A stretch of DNA of 49,285 bases from a virus (lineage: Duplodnaviria; Heunggongvirae; Uroviricota; Caudoviricetes), in the IMG/VR virus record IMGVR_UViG_3300022562_000659; one strand, written 5' to 3'. A program made the position numbers and the translations under genes. Below, piece after piece: positions 25,267-35,628 of this stretch. Under the pieces are notes generated by a model. The model made no database searches and was not told the DNA's origin. It was given only the letters and a program-made list of their open reading frames with translations. Numbering within the stretch: position 1 is the stretch's first letter; each line of letters begins with the position of its first letter.

Positions 25267-26965
25267 AGAAGCACAACCAACTTTGGCAAAGGCACTTGCC
25301 ACAACCTTTGAAGAAACTTATGGTAGTTTCTATATGCCCTCTGCGGCAGACAAGGCGTATCAATTTGCCGGTCTATCCCCTGAAAAACTGATGATACCTA
25401 GAAATTATCATCAAGTAATCAAAATGTGTTATGATTTTTACCAGCGCGGAGGATCAGTTACGAAAGTGATTGACCGACTTGAAGAACTCGCTATCACGGA
25501 AATACGTAACGGGCAACGTAAAACTACAGATGAGCAGAATGAATATTTTACTTCTATTCTTCATAATAAACCATCAAGAATGATGCGTTTCTTGCATAAT
25601 ACTGCAAGAGAATATTTCCTATCCGGCATGGTACTCCCCAAAATAGAGTGGGTTGAGTTAAAAGGCCGTGATATCAGTCCTGATCTTATTACAAACAAGA
25701 CCTATCTTGTTCCTAGATTTGATATGTATCCTCCAATGCTTGTGAAAGTTGCATGGGCAGGATGGGGAAAAAAGACCTACTTCTTAAAGGTTAGCGATAG
25801 TGATCGCAGGGCTATTAAGAGTAAGGGTGGTAGAATTAAGGAACAACAATTGAAGTACCGTATGTGGACTGAGAATTTCCCCGGTTATGTTGAGCAAATA
25901 GAATCCGGGGCTGAGGATATAGAGATCACAGATACTGATCCTATCCTACGTAAAGAACTTTCAATATCCCCCTATCCCACACCATATTTGTACAATGTTC
26001 TGGAAGCATTGGTATTCAAGCAGCAGTTAAGACGAATGGACTTTGCTGTTGCATCCAGAGTAATCAACGCTATTCTTCTTGTGCAGGAAGGTGACAAGGA
26101 TTTCCCACTTACCGAAGAGACAAATGATAACCTGTTGAATCTACAAACACAGATCATGGCGCGTCAGGGTGATCCTCGTAAGATGGAAAGATTGTTTGTC
26201 TTGTTCTCCAACCACACAACCAAGTTGTCTTGGATTGCACCGGACGTAACAGCGATGCTTGATCAGGACAAGTATAGAGAAGTGAATGAGGAATTGGATG
26301 AAGGTCTAGGATTCCCCGGTATTCTATTGACTGGATCATCACGTCAGGGATCGCAGGCTTCTGAGGTTTCAACATGGGCTATCCAACCACAAATGGAAGA
26401 ATTCCGTTCAACACTTATTGAGTGGGTTAACTCTGAGGTCTATTGGAAGGCTTCTGAATTGAATGGATTTAGAAATCGACCATCCCCCTCCTTTAAAACA
26501 ATTAAACTTCAAGACTTTATCAAGACAGCCGCAGTATTCCAGCAGTTGTATGCTGAAGGAAATGTTTCACGTATTACACGCGACGATATGGCTGGTATTG
26601 ACTTTGAGACTGAGGCTGAATTGATGAAGGACGAAGCAGAGATTGCCAAGGGACTTCCGGCATTCACTCCTACTCCATACAGCCCACCACCTCCAACGAT
26701 TGGTGGTGGTATGCCGAATGGAAATCCGGGTAATAGTATATCCGGTGGGGGAAAGCAACCGGGGGCAGGTAGACCAAATGGTTCACAGGATCGTCCAGTA
26801 ACAAGTAAGAATAGCGGCGTTAAATTACCGGGTAAGCCTACCTCAAAAGTAAAGGCATCCGCTGATGAACGACTTTGGAGTGACGAGGAAGTTGTTAATC
26901 TGATTAACCGTATTGCAGAGGAAGTGGGTATTACAATTTCTGCAAACGATATTATTGAAAATTAG
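25241..26965 (+). CDS. portal protein
   Basis: Follows TerL; 574 aa, helical, with a Pro/Gly-rich disordered C-terminal tail. Confidence 0.8.
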   Translation: MECYQVVDKEAQPTLAKALATTFEETYGSFYMPSAADKAYQFAGLSPEKLMIPRNYHQVIKMCYDFYQRGGSVTKVIDRLEELAITEIRNGQRKTTDEQNEYFTSILHNKPSRMMRFLHNTAREYFLSGMVLPKIEWVELKGRDISPDLITNKTYLVPRFDMYPPMLVKVAWAGWGKKTYFLKVSDSDRRAIKSKGGRIKEQQLKYRMWTENFPGYVEQIESGAEDIEITDTDPILRKELSISPYPTPYLYNVLEALVFKQQLRRMDFAVASRVINAILLVQEGDKDFPLTEETNDNLLNLQTQIMARQGDPRKMERLFVLFSNHTTKLSWIAPDVTAMLDQDKYREVNEELDEGLGFPGILLTGSSRQGSQASEVSTWAIQPQMEEFRSTLIEWVNSEVYWKASELNGFRNRPSPSFKTIKLQDFIKTAAVFQQLYAEGNVSRITRDDMAGIDFETEAELMKDEAEIAKGLPAFTPTPYSPPPPTIGGGMPNGNPGNSISGGGKQPGAGRPNGSQDRPVTSKNSGVKLPGKPTSKVKASADERLWSDEEVVNLINRIAEEVGITISANDIIEN

Positions 26966-26979
26966 CCCGGAATTAAAAT

Positions 26980-27246
26980 ATGTTGAAAGAGTATGATATA
27001 GCAGTTGTCTTATGGGAAGATCATTTTCATGCAACCACATCACAACTTCCAAGCGATGTTGATGATGTGTCGCCTACACTTTCGGTGGGTTTGGTTGTCG
27101 AGGAAACGGAAAAGGTTCTAGTTATTGCACATGATGTTGAACGATATAATGACCGTGACGACCTTTCCTACACCGTTATTCTCAAGAATGCTATCGTAGG
27201 CAAGAAAGTTTATGGTAGTATTACAATTGAGGAACCCCGAAGGTAG
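26980..27246 (+). CDS. hypothetical protein
   Basis: 88-aa ORF; VLWEDH...VGLVVEET small beta-fold pattern. Confidence 0.65.
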   Translation: MLKEYDIAVVLWEDHFHATTSQLPSDVDDVSPTLSVGLVVEETEKVLVIAHDVERYNDRDDLSYTVILKNAIVGKKVYGSITIEEPRR

Positions 27247-27255
27247 GTGTAGCTA

Positions 27256-27567
27256 ATGATGAACGAGATTGTTATTGCAATCATCGGTCTGGTTGGTACA
27301 ATTTTTGTTGCTGGAATGGGCCTCTATGGCGCTAAAAAGTACAATATTGGACCTAACCAAGATAAATTAGTTGCTACACTAAAGGCCATTGTGGATGCAC
27401 AAGATGAGCGCATTACACAATTAGAGGAAAGCGCAGTGGAGAGGGACTTAAAAGTTGTAAATCTTACTGAGGAAGTGACTCGCCTTACAAAATTAACCAT
27501 TTCACAACTAGTGAAAATTCAAGAATTAGAACTTCAACTTGAAAACGAGAGGCGAGGCCATGTATAG
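27256..27567 (+). CDS. N-terminally membrane-anchored coiled-coil protein
   Basis: One TM helix followed by heptad repeats. Confidence 0.65.
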   Translation: MMNEIVIAIIGLVGTIFVAGMGLYGAKKYNIGPNQDKLVATLKAIVDAQDERITQLEESAVERDLKVVNLTEEVTRLTKLTISQLVKIQELELQLENERRGHV

Positions 27568-27877
27568 TTGGAATGGTCTTGTAGAATTACTGACGCCTCT
27601 ACCCTTGATCACTGTTTTCCTGGCTGGTTTTTTGGTAGGGTTGATATATATTCGCAGGATTATAGATTTAAATAGACTTTTTGGATACCACGTAGCGGTA
27701 CTAGGTACTGCCTTCTTCATTGTCTTGGGAAGTACCCGATGGTTTGAGGGTAACTCCCGAGAGTGGGAAGAATGGATTGCATCATTTATACTTTTTGCAG
27801 TCTACTTGGCTGGCGTCTGGATAGGACGCTATCTTCCATTGACAAAATTGACAAAATGGATGAAAGGGGTGAGATAA
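27560..27877 (+). CDS. three-TM membrane protein (possible holin)
   Basis: Three hydrophobic segments and a basic C-terminus; ATG 27560 after GAGG. Confidence 0.55.
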   Translation: MYSWNGLVELLTPLPLITVFLAGFLVGLIYIRRIIDLNRLFGYHVAVLGTAFFIVLGSTRWFEGNSREWEEWIASFILFAVYLAGVWIGRYLPLTKLTKWMKGVR

Positions 27878-27878
27878 T

Positions 27879-28982
27879 TTGCATATCGCACAGTTTAATG
27901 TTGCTAAAGCAGAAATTGTAGAATCGGAAAAGACAAAAAACAATCCTTATCTTACCGTAGCAAAATTTGTATTTGCTGATGATAAGGGTGCCCCACTTTC
28001 GACGGCACCAGATGGATTATTACAAGGGATAGAGTTTGAAGATTTTGATGAAGTTATAAATTCTTCAATTAATATGCCTATTAAAATGAGACTTCTTAGT
28101 GCAGCGGAAACAGGAACCGTTGGTGGACATGTAGGATCATATGTTATAGGACATATTACAGACATGGAAAAAGCCCAAGCAGAAGATGGTACAAACCAGT
28201 TACTTGCTGAGGCAGTACTTTACGCTGACGAATTTCCAGATGAAATTGATTACTTGAAGAAGGCATATGCCAATAACGAAGCCCCTGGAATTTCATATGA
28301 GATTGTATATGAGGATTCAATTGTTAAAAACGGAGTACAGTGGTTGAAGAAGATGGTAACTGCTGCTGCTACGTTTGTACGTAATCCAGCATATGGTAAA
28401 AGAACAGCACTATTAGCTTTGGCCTCTGCTAAAAATGATGAGGAACTTGTGGCTTCAATGAAAGCGTTTATCGCACAAGCAGAGGGATCATCAGGGGAAG
28501 GAAATTCAACACCTAATGATAAAGGAGGTATAAACGTGACAGAGGAAGAGATTAAGGCACTACAAGATGAAGCGGCTAAGGCAAAGGCTCTTGCTGAAAC
28601 ACTTACAGCAGAGGCAGCGACAAAGACCGCTGAAATCACTCGTCTAACAGAGGAAAACACTTCACTACGAGAAGAGAATGAATCTCTAAAGACCGAAAGG
28701 GCATTAGAGACTCGTGTACGTTCACTTGCTGAGGCAGGTTTCCCACTTGAGGCAGATGCAGAGAAGGCTCAGAAGACAAAGGACTTTATAATGTCATTGT
28801 CAGAGGATGCGTTCGCAATGTATCTAGATAATATCAAGACAATTAAGGCATCTGCAACTTCAGCACAGGCTGCACAAGCCAGTGCAGGTACAGCATTTGC
28901 CAGTGGCCGTAAGACAACTCAGGTCCCTAGACCAGAGATTGTAGACGGTACACTTGATGTTCCAAGCTTCCGTTTTAGATAA
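27879..28982 (+). CDS. prohead protease-scaffold fusion
   Basis: Between portal and capsid; N-terminal beta domain (GHITD...GISYEI), C-terminal acidic coiled coil. Confidence 0.72.
   Translation: MHIAQFNVAKAEIVESEKTKNNPYLTVAKFVFADDKGAPLSTAPDGLLQGIEFEDFDEVINSSINMPIKMRLLSAAETGTVGGHVGSYVIGHITDMEKAQAEDGTNQLLAEAVLYADEFPDEIDYLKKAYANNEAPGISYEIVYEDSIVKNGVQWLKKMVTAAATFVRNPAYGKRTALLALASAKNDEELVASMKAFIAQAEGSSGEGNSTPNDKGGINVTEEEIKALQDEAAKAKALAETLTAEAATKTAEITRLTEENTSLREENESLKTERALETRVRSLAEAGFPLEADAEKAQKTKDFIMSLSEDAFAMYLDNIKTIKASATSAQAAQASAGTAFASGRKTTQVPRPEIVDGTLDVPSFRFR
28536..28982 (+). CDS. nested in-frame scaffold protein
   Basis: Internal AAAGGAGG RBS plus in-frame GTG at the start of the coiled coil. 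Confidence 0.65.
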   Translation: MTEEEIKALQDEAAKAKALAETLTAEAATKTAEITRLTEENTSLREENESLKTERALETRVRSLAEAGFPLEADAEKAQKTKDFIMSLSEDAFAMYLDNIKTIKASATSAQAAQASAGTAFASGRKTTQVPRPEIVDGTLDVPSFRFR

Positions 28983-29010
28983 TCTTTAGTAAAGGAGGTT
29001 AGAGTTAATA

Positions 29011-29652
29011 ATGGCAAATGCTATTGATACAGGAAACCCAGTACCGGGTACACAGTTTATTGTCAACAAGTATGAAGACATTGATGGAGTTGGTCTAAAT
29101 CAGGAAACTCCTAGAGGTCGTTTGTGCTTCCGTGACACCAATGGACGAATGACCCTTCCGCGTACTCTTACAGAGGCACAGAAGGCAGTCTTCCCCGTAG
29201 ATTGGTTCAAGCCGCTTAATCCCGGCCCTTATTTTGATGGTGTTGGACTTAACGGTCAGCAAATCTATTCGATAAATGACGGCTCTCTTGGTCAGCAGGA
29301 GAGCGCTTTTGCGATGGACCCTGACACACTGTACAACTCATCTTGGCCTGCTGCTGTATTGCAGTACGATATTCCCAAGTTGTTCTATAACCTACCAGTA
29401 CCTTCTGGCTCTGCTGCTCTCGCATGGGACGGTGGAACAGTAACTTACGGTTCAGGAAATTACACTGGCGTATCTTCTGACTACAATTACGGCTCTCTTG
29501 TATACGCAGACTACGTAGCCGGTAGTGAAGGCAAGGTTACCGTTTCAGGTGCCGCTGCTGGAAACAAGGCCGTAGGACATGTTGTAGGCAAGGATATCTT
29601 TGGTCAGAATACTATTACAGTTAAGCTTCGTGGCGTAGCCGCAATTGCATAA
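29011..29652 (+). CDS. putative capsid decoration/cement protein
   Basis: Located between scaffold and major capsid; strong RBS; beta-rich C-terminus GHVVGK...ITVKL. Confidence 0.6.
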   Translation: MANAIDTGNPVPGTQFIVNKYEDIDGVGLNQETPRGRLCFRDTNGRMTLPRTLTEAQKAVFPVDWFKPLNPGPYFDGVGLNGQQIYSINDGSLGQQESAFAMDPDTLYNSSWPAAVLQYDIPKLFYNLPVPSGSAALAWDGGTVTYGSGNYTGVSSDYNYGSLVYADYVAGSEGKVTVSGAAAGNKAVGHVVGKDIFGQNTITVKLRGVAAIA

Positions 29653-29681
29653 ATCTTGATGTAAAGGAGGGAAATAGGTAA

Positions 29682-30683
29682 ATGACACTAATTAAGGACC
29701 CTAATTTAACGGACAATCACAGAAAGGCTTTTGCAGAGGCGGCTGCTGAGGACAAGAAGGCTCTTGCGGAAATGATTGTAGAATACGTTGACCCCGTATA
29801 TCTTACACTCGATATCGCTAGCGCTTTCATGGGCACTCGTGAAATGCAGTTTGGAGAACTTCTTGTAAAGCGTTTCAAGGGTAAGTACCATGTCCAGCAG
29901 ATCGTACCCGGTCAGATCACCCTAGGTGAGCAGATCACAGTACGTGACAAGGCTGTAAGCTACTCACTAGATATTCTAGCAGCAAAGGCTGCTTACAATA
30001 CTCTTGAGTTGCAGCATGGTGGCCCACAGTTTACACCGGAAAGAGTACGTGCAGATGTGCGTGCAGCATTGCAGGAGCGTGTACTTCTACGTACATGGAA
30101 TGCACTTGCTAACATCTGGACAGCAGGAAATGCTTCCGCATTGACTATTCCGGGTGCAACTTATTCGCAGTTTATTAATGCAGGAGGCCCACTTACCTCT
30201 ACTGCTCTTGACAATGCTATCGACCATGTTAATTTCTGGTCGGGCAGTGTAAAGGCAATTATTGGCACAGAGGCTGCTCTTGCACCTCTATCTACATTCG
30301 GCCAGTATCAGTTGATCGGTGGAAACAACGATTATGTTACACAGAATGGTCAGCCAGCCGGTACTTTCCAGAATGTATCCCCATTCGGAACAGGACCAAA
30401 GGGTGTAGAAACTTATCGTGGCGTTTCAAACATTATTCGTCTAAAGCAAATCTTTGACGAGACTGAGTATCCGCCACGTCCACTTCTTCCAAACGACTTC
30501 ATTCTTGTTGTTGGCGATAATATTGGTGAGTTTGTAACTTACGGTGGCCCGCAGACAAAGGAATTCGTAGACAATGAACCAACTCCACCTTACTGGAATT
30601 TTGAGACTTGGCTACAGTTTGGCATGATGATCTGGAACGCGCGTGGTCTTGTAAAGATTGGCGTAACAGCAACAACTCCTTAA
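29682..30683 (+). CDS. major capsid protein (HK97-like fold inferred)
   Basis: 333 aa, synteny, strong AAAGGAGG RBS, followed by a strong hairpin. Confidence 0.75.
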   Translation: MTLIKDPNLTDNHRKAFAEAAAEDKKALAEMIVEYVDPVYLTLDIASAFMGTREMQFGELLVKRFKGKYHVQQIVPGQITLGEQITVRDKAVSYSLDILAAKAAYNTLELQHGGPQFTPERVRADVRAALQERVLLRTWNALANIWTAGNASALTIPGATYSQFINAGGPLTSTALDNAIDHVNFWSGSVKAIIGTEAALAPLSTFGQYQLIGGNNDYVTQNGQPAGTFQNVSPFGTGPKGVETYRGVSNIIRLKQIFDETEYPPRPLLPNDFILVVGDNIGEFVTYGGPQTKEFVDNEPTPPYWNFETWLQFGMMIWNARGLVKIGVTATTP

Positions 30684-30719
30684 TATCTAGCCCAGCGCTA
30701 GGCTTAAGCGAGTATTAAT

Positions 30720-30766
30720 GATGCGAGAGCTTGGGGCGTTGCCCTAGGCTCTCGCCATCCATTTTT
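30720..30766 (+). terminator. GC-rich hairpin/terminator after the capsid gene
   Basis: GATGCGAGAGCTTGGGGC-GTT-GCCCTAGGCTCTCGCCATC followed by CATTTTT. Confidence 0.65.
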
Positions 30767-30790
30767 GTTTACAGAGGGAAAGGTAAAGTC

Positions 30791-31234
30791 ATGGCTGAAT
30801 TTGTATACTACAAGAAGAATGTACCCTACGTAGTCGGTGGACGCATGTTCCGTACTGACGCTATCGGGTTTACGCTTACAAATAATCACCCTTGGGTAGC
30901 GGTGCCCGTAGAACAACTACGAGAATTTAAGATTACAAACAAGGATTCCCTAATGGCTGGTTTGATTATAGAAACCGGAGAGCCTACCTTGGATTGGGAA
31001 ACCGATAATGCGATCTCGGATGAGCAGGCACTTGCATTAGTCAAGGGTAATTTCTTGACATTAAAGAAGACACTAGAGCGAATCTCATCAGTGCCGATTA
31101 TTACCAAGATGCTAGAACTAGCAAAAGAGAATGATCGTCCACGCAAGACAGTGGCTGCGATTGAGGCTAGGTTGGCTGAAATCCAGGAAGATGATGACTT
31201 CATAACACCGGCTGTGATGCGAGGGGTGTCCTAA
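30791..31234 (+). CDS. hypothetical head-associated protein
   Basis: ATG 30791 after GAGG/AAGG; C-terminal helical RKTVAAIEARL motif. Confidence 0.6.
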   Translation: MAEFVYYKKNVPYVVGGRMFRTDAIGFTLTNNHPWVAVPVEQLREFKITNKDSLMAGLIIETGEPTLDWETDNAISDEQALALVKGNFLTLKKTLERISSVPIITKMLELAKENDRPRKTVAAIEARLAEIQEDDDFITPAVMRGVS

Positions 31235-31254
31235 TATTTGAAGGAGTGAAATAA

Positions 31255-31719
31255 GTGAATCTACTTGAATTGGTCCCCGCGTTCAAGCGGCACCTAAAGC
31301 AATGGATCAGAACTCAAGACACGGACTCCACTCTTGCAGCCTATCTAGCAGATGCCATTGAGGCATTGAATTGGCGTTGGACACGGGATTATATCATTGC
31401 AACAGTAGCGCCTAGCACATTTTCAGTATCCCCGGATATTGCTGTACGTGATAAGCGCCCGATAATTCTTATGGCATCTATCATCTACAAGATGGGTAAT
31501 GTTGAACTGGCTGGATTCCGTGATGGAGATTTTGCGTATGATCCACAACAAGGACGGGCAAATCCTATTTTGGCAGATATTGCGGAATTGGATAAAATGC
31601 TTCCCTCAAGACCATCACTTGCCAAGGCGATTTCTTCGCCGTTACGCGGCTTTAGCAATGGTCTGAATCCAGAATCATATGCTAGATTGGTTGAGGCAGG
31701 AGTACTTGGTGCTGTTTAA
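31255..31719 (+). CDS. putative head-tail adaptor
   Basis: Synteny, size, helical N-terminus with DSTLAAYL. Confidence 0.55.
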   Translation: MNLLELVPAFKRHLKQWIRTQDTDSTLAAYLADAIEALNWRWTRDYIIATVAPSTFSVSPDIAVRDKRPIILMASIIYKMGNVELAGFRDGDFAYDPQQGRANPILADIAELDKMLPSRPSLAKAISSPLRGFSNGLNPESYARLVEAGVLGAV

Positions 31720-31735
31720 GTAAAAAGGAGAAGGA

Positions 31736-32392
31736 ATGGGAAATGTAACAATTCTGATACCAACATACTTTGGTGGTAAATTGGTATCAAATTGCGTAAA
31801 TAGTATCTTACAGAATGTGAAAAATGCACAGTTTCTAGTATACAAGAATGATATTGGTTGGCTTCGTGCGTCGAATAAACTCATGTCAATGGTCAATACA
31901 GATATAATCCTTCTCAACGATGACACAATTGTTATGTCAGATATCGTGGAAGAAATGGAGCGATTGGCTTATAGCGATCCTAAAATTGGAATCGTTGGAG
32001 GAAAGGCATTAGCCCCTAATGGGGACACGGTTATAAACTACGGAATCTATATTGGGCCAGATGGTAATTCAGCGCACAAGCATTATGGACAACGATCAGA
32101 GGAAGTCCAGAACGTGGAGACACAAAAGGCTGTTGAAGGCAGTTGTATGTTCATCAAAAGGGAAGTCCTAGACGCGATAGGCTACTTTGATGAGAATTAT
32201 GGGATGGGGTATCGGGAAGAAGTCGATCTTTGCTTCCGAGCAAGAGAGGCAGGATACAAGGTTGTTAGTAGCCCCACTGCCGAATATATTCATCTTGTGT
32301 CACAAACCAATGGAAAATTAGGGATCGATAACAATACCCACGGCTACTTCATGGAGAAGTGGGGAAGAAAATTAAAACTCGGAACAGTTTAA
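31736..32392 (+). CDS. GT2-family glycosyltransferase
   Basis: ILLNDDT and EGSCMFIKREVLDAIGYFDENY...EEVDLCFRAREAGY. Confidence 0.92.
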   Translation: MGNVTILIPTYFGGKLVSNCVNSILQNVKNAQFLVYKNDIGWLRASNKLMSMVNTDIILLNDDTIVMSDIVEEMERLAYSDPKIGIVGGKALAPNGDTVINYGIYIGPDGNSAHKHYGQRSEEVQNVETQKAVEGSCMFIKREVLDAIGYFDENYGMGYREEVDLCFRAREAGYKVVSSPTAEYIHLVSQTNGKLGIDNNTHGYFMEKWGRKLKLGTV

Positions 32393-32403
32393 GGGAGAAG
32401 GTT

Positions 32404-33369
32404 ATGGATAAGTTAGCAATATACTTTGGGGACAAGCCGAACAATGGGCAGTACGACAATGGGGTCTGGATGGATATACTTAAAATACCGTATCTCCAGC
32501 GCATTGAAGAAGCGAGTCTCTATGAAACCCTGATACGAACTCTTTGGCTAGATGCTATTGGATGGACAAAGACGATAAGAGATCAATATCCACATGTAGT
32601 CCAGATTGGACTAAGCGACCATCCACTCTCTACCCATATATCACGTCTAGATGCCGTAAGACAATACGCCTATCTGTCTGATTTACAATACTTGGATGGC
32701 TTGATGGCTCTTACAGAAGAAGAGCGACAGTTTTATCAGACTGCCTTGCCACATATTCCAGTTGAGCGTGTTGGCCTACCATTCCCGGTTGAATCTTATG
32801 AGAAATTGTACGGGAGCTTCCGTGATAACGAGAAGCAATATATTGGTTTAGGTGTTGGTGCAGCGGACAATGATAGAAATTTCGTATCAAACCTTCTCGT
32901 CTTTAGAATGTTACAACTGAATAACCCCAATCTTGTCGGGGTGTTCCTGTCGATTCCAGATCAGTTATTGCCTTATTGTTCATACTGGGCTGGTAGAGTT
33001 GATAACATATTCATACACCAGCGTAATGGCATGGGTGAATTTTATGAAATTTTGTCGCAGTGCAAACTTGTTATCAACTTGACTGACAGGAACACTCCCG
33101 GCAGATTACAAGGCGAAGCAGCATTCTTTAATGTTCCGGTGGTTGGTTCCAACCGCCTTGAACTACAGAACGAATTGTTCCCCCAGTGGTCCGTAACTCC
33201 GTTTGAATTGCAGAAGGCCGTGGATACAAGCCAGTGGATTCTGGATAATCCAATGGCGGCTGATGCTTTGACAAGCGAGGCTAAGGAAACATTGATCACA
33301 AATTATAACTACGAAGTTAGCAAGGAGCGTTTTGAGCGCTTGATGAATCGCGTAGGAGATAAGAAGTAA
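32404..33369 (+). CDS. GT-B (GT4-like) glycosyltransferase
   Basis: EILSQCKLVIN...GRLQGEAAFFNVPVVGS C-terminal GT-B motif; start ATG 32404. Confidence 0.65.
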   Translation: MDKLAIYFGDKPNNGQYDNGVWMDILKIPYLQRIEEASLYETLIRTLWLDAIGWTKTIRDQYPHVVQIGLSDHPLSTHISRLDAVRQYAYLSDLQYLDGLMALTEEERQFYQTALPHIPVERVGLPFPVESYEKLYGSFRDNEKQYIGLGVGAADNDRNFVSNLLVFRMLQLNNPNLVGVFLSIPDQLLPYCSYWAGRVDNIFIHQRNGMGEFYEILSQCKLVINLTDRNTPGRLQGEAAFFNVPVVGSNRLELQNELFPQWSVTPFELQKAVDTSQWILDNPMAADALTSEAKETLITNYNYEVSKERFERLMNRVGDKK

Positions 33370-33801
33370 ATGCCTATTGATCCGGAATTCATAAAGTCAC
33401 GAATTGATAATGTCCGAACAGAAATCGGAAGATACGTTACGTTCTATACGCCCGTAGCAGGTCAAGATACTGACTTTGTGGCTAGTGGATTTTATAATCC
33501 ACTGACCTATACAGGATTCCAGACAGTTTTGGAAGAGACAGAGGTTCTAGCCCGAATACACTGGTCTGGTGATGAGCGTATCACAGCTACTCCCGGTGGT
33601 AAATACTATGTTGGCGATTGCACATTGAAAGTCGATCCATCATATCACGATCTTGCACAAAGATGCATGAATGCAAATGAGGGCAAAGTGAAGGTAGATG
33701 AGAAGTTTGTAACTATCACTGCAATTGATCCGGTGGGAGCGCCAACAGTAAACAGGCTAAGGATCGTCTGCAAGTCAGTAGGCACAAAACCCGAAGCGTA
33801 A
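33370..33801 (+). CDS. putative head-closure (stopper) protein
   Basis: Synteny and a beta-rich 143-aa sequence. Confidence 0.55.
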   Translation: MPIDPEFIKSRIDNVRTEIGRYVTFYTPVAGQDTDFVASGFYNPLTYTGFQTVLEETEVLARIHWSGDERITATPGGKYYVGDCTLKVDPSYHDLAQRCMNANEGKVKVDEKFVTITAIDPVGAPTVNRLRIVCKSVGTKPEA

Positions 33802-33816
33802 TGAAAGGATAAAGGC

Positions 33817-34086
33817 ATGGGAATAGATTTTACACCAAACCAAGTTGTTTGCCCGCATTGCAACAAGCAATTTATCCACAATAAGGTTAATGGAATCGCG
33901 CTACTTGAGATAGCGCAAGGGATTGAGGCACGAAAGAGAATGCATTGCAGACTCACTCTTGATGCTGTTGAAAAGATATTCAATGGAGAGGTTCCTAGAC
34001 CTATAAAGAAAGCAATTCTTGACGGATATAATGATCTTGCTCGTGATATGCACACAATACTTGGGTTTGGGCAGGAAACCGAATAG
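33817..34086 (+). CDS. hypothetical protein with CPHC
   Basis: 89-aa ORF with RBS. Confidence 0.6.
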   Translation: MGIDFTPNQVVCPHCNKQFIHNKVNGIALLEIAQGIEARKRMHCRLTLDAVEKIFNGEVPRPIKKAILDGYNDLARDMHTILGFGQETE

Positions 34087-34099
34087 GTGGTGATGTAGT

Positions 34100-35062
34100 G
34101 TGCTAGAAATCGAGTTTGACCCGAACCGTGCATTCTACAATTCCGTACAAACATATGAGTGGCTTGTAGCAGAGTCGTGTGGTATTGCGGCTACAAGACT
34201 CAAGACTGAATTAGACTATATTGTTTTGAGTACTATAGAAACTGCTATGGTTGAGTCCGGAATGCCTGCCATCTACCAAGCACATTTATTACAGGGTGTC
34301 ACATCAAATCTGAAAACTACAGTTTCGGCGGCGAGCAACATACTCGTTGCTCAAGTTTTCGATATAGCAGAACTTGGCGATATTGAGGATCTGATACGTG
34401 GATTCCACTATCATGCAATTGCTGCAATTGGTAGTAGAAAAGAATTCAGTCAGACAAATCCCCCACGTATCGAGTTGCCCTATACTGGACAAGCAATGTA
34501 CAACGAGGATCGACCAGAACGCAGATTAGATTTTTGGGACACTCTTGTAGAAGGCGCTACATACATTGTTACTGTTACACGACGTTCTCGTAAAAAGGGC
34601 GGGGGCACAGTCACATATACAATCGAGGTTCCTACCTCGGGCATGTATGATGAGACACTAGCAGCAAGAGTTGCAACGTGGGGCAATAGATATCCAGAAT
34701 GGATTCTCCTAGAGAATGGTTCGGGTATGAGCCCTACCGGACCCGATATACAGGCAACACATGTTCGAAGCCTTATAGAAGAGCGGGTCTATGCATTCAT
34801 GAGTGAGGTTTTTGAGGCGCACTTTAATGCATTGATTGATGCCTGGAATGAGGACTTTGATGCACAGGAGCGAACCTCCATTAATAGCACATCATATTCT
34901 AGTGCGTGGTATGAAGATACATGGACGACAACTGAAGCCAAGTCTACATTTGAAAAATTCTTTGATCGTCATATGTATGAAGATATTAGATTTGAAGATT
35001 ACTCGTATGAGCCTAAAGGACGAGGCTCTAAAATTCGCGGTCCCGGTGGCCGATTTGCATAG
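34100..35062 (+). CDS. putative neck/tail-completion protein
   Basis: Position between stopper and tail terminator; function inferred from synteny only. Confidence 0.45.
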   Translation: MLEIEFDPNRAFYNSVQTYEWLVAESCGIAATRLKTELDYIVLSTIETAMVESGMPAIYQAHLLQGVTSNLKTTVSAASNILVAQVFDIAELGDIEDLIRGFHYHAIAAIGSRKEFSQTNPPRIELPYTGQAMYNEDRPERRLDFWDTLVEGATYIVTVTRRSRKKGGGTVTYTIEVPTSGMYDETLAARVATWGNRYPEWILLENGSGMSPTGPDIQATHVRSLIEERVYAFMSEVFEAHFNALIDAWNEDFDAQERTSINSTSYSSAWYEDTWTTTEAKSTFEKFFDRHMYEDIRFEDYSYEPKGRGSKIRGPGGRFA

Positions 35063-35071
35063 GAGGTCAGT

Positions 35072-35533
35072 ATGGCAATTGCGCGAAGATACTACGAACG
35101 CCGTGCTTTGGCTGATGCTCTAGGCACACAACTTAACGCCACGGGATGGGGAGTAGGGCAAATACGGCAGGGATATCAGACAGAAGAAGATATCACCGTA
35201 CCGCTAGTGTCCTTATTCTTTCTACCTTCAAAGTATATTGAAATGCAGATGGGTAGAAAATTGGATACAGAAAAATCATTTTCTCGTAGACTACAAATAG
35301 ATTGCTACATGGAAACGGAACCTAGAGCCGATATGATAGGTGACGAAGTTGCTGATTTTCTCGATGAGTTTTTTATAAATATAAAAGACCCAAATGGCAA
35401 TGTACTTGGCGTATTATATACAGAGGATAGTGAAACTATTTCGGCAGAAACTTTGCCACCATTATATAGGGACGCAAAAGTAAAGCGTTGGCGATGCGTT
35501 GTTATGGCAACGCTAAGAGCAGATTATTTTTAG
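35072..35533 (+). CDS. putative tail terminator
   Basis: Precedes the major tail gene; 153 aa with LQIDCY...D.IGDEVADFL pattern. Confidence 0.6.
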   Translation: MAIARRYYERRALADALGTQLNATGWGVGQIRQGYQTEEDITVPLVSLFFLPSKYIEMQMGRKLDTEKSFSRRLQIDCYMETEPRADMIGDEVADFLDEFFINIKDPNGNVLGVLYTEDSETISAETLPPLYRDAKVKRWRCVVMATLRADYF

Positions 35534-35628
35534 TCTAACGATCTGACAGACGCACGCGCAGAACGTTAGTCACAGGATGAGGAAAGGGAAGTTACATGAC
35601 AAATCCCACAAAGGAGTGATTATAGATT

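Noticed and set aside
21890-27877. A definite lysis cassette
   Set aside because: Membrane proteins at 21890, 27256 and 27560 are holin-like only by topology, and no endolysin is recognisable in the window.
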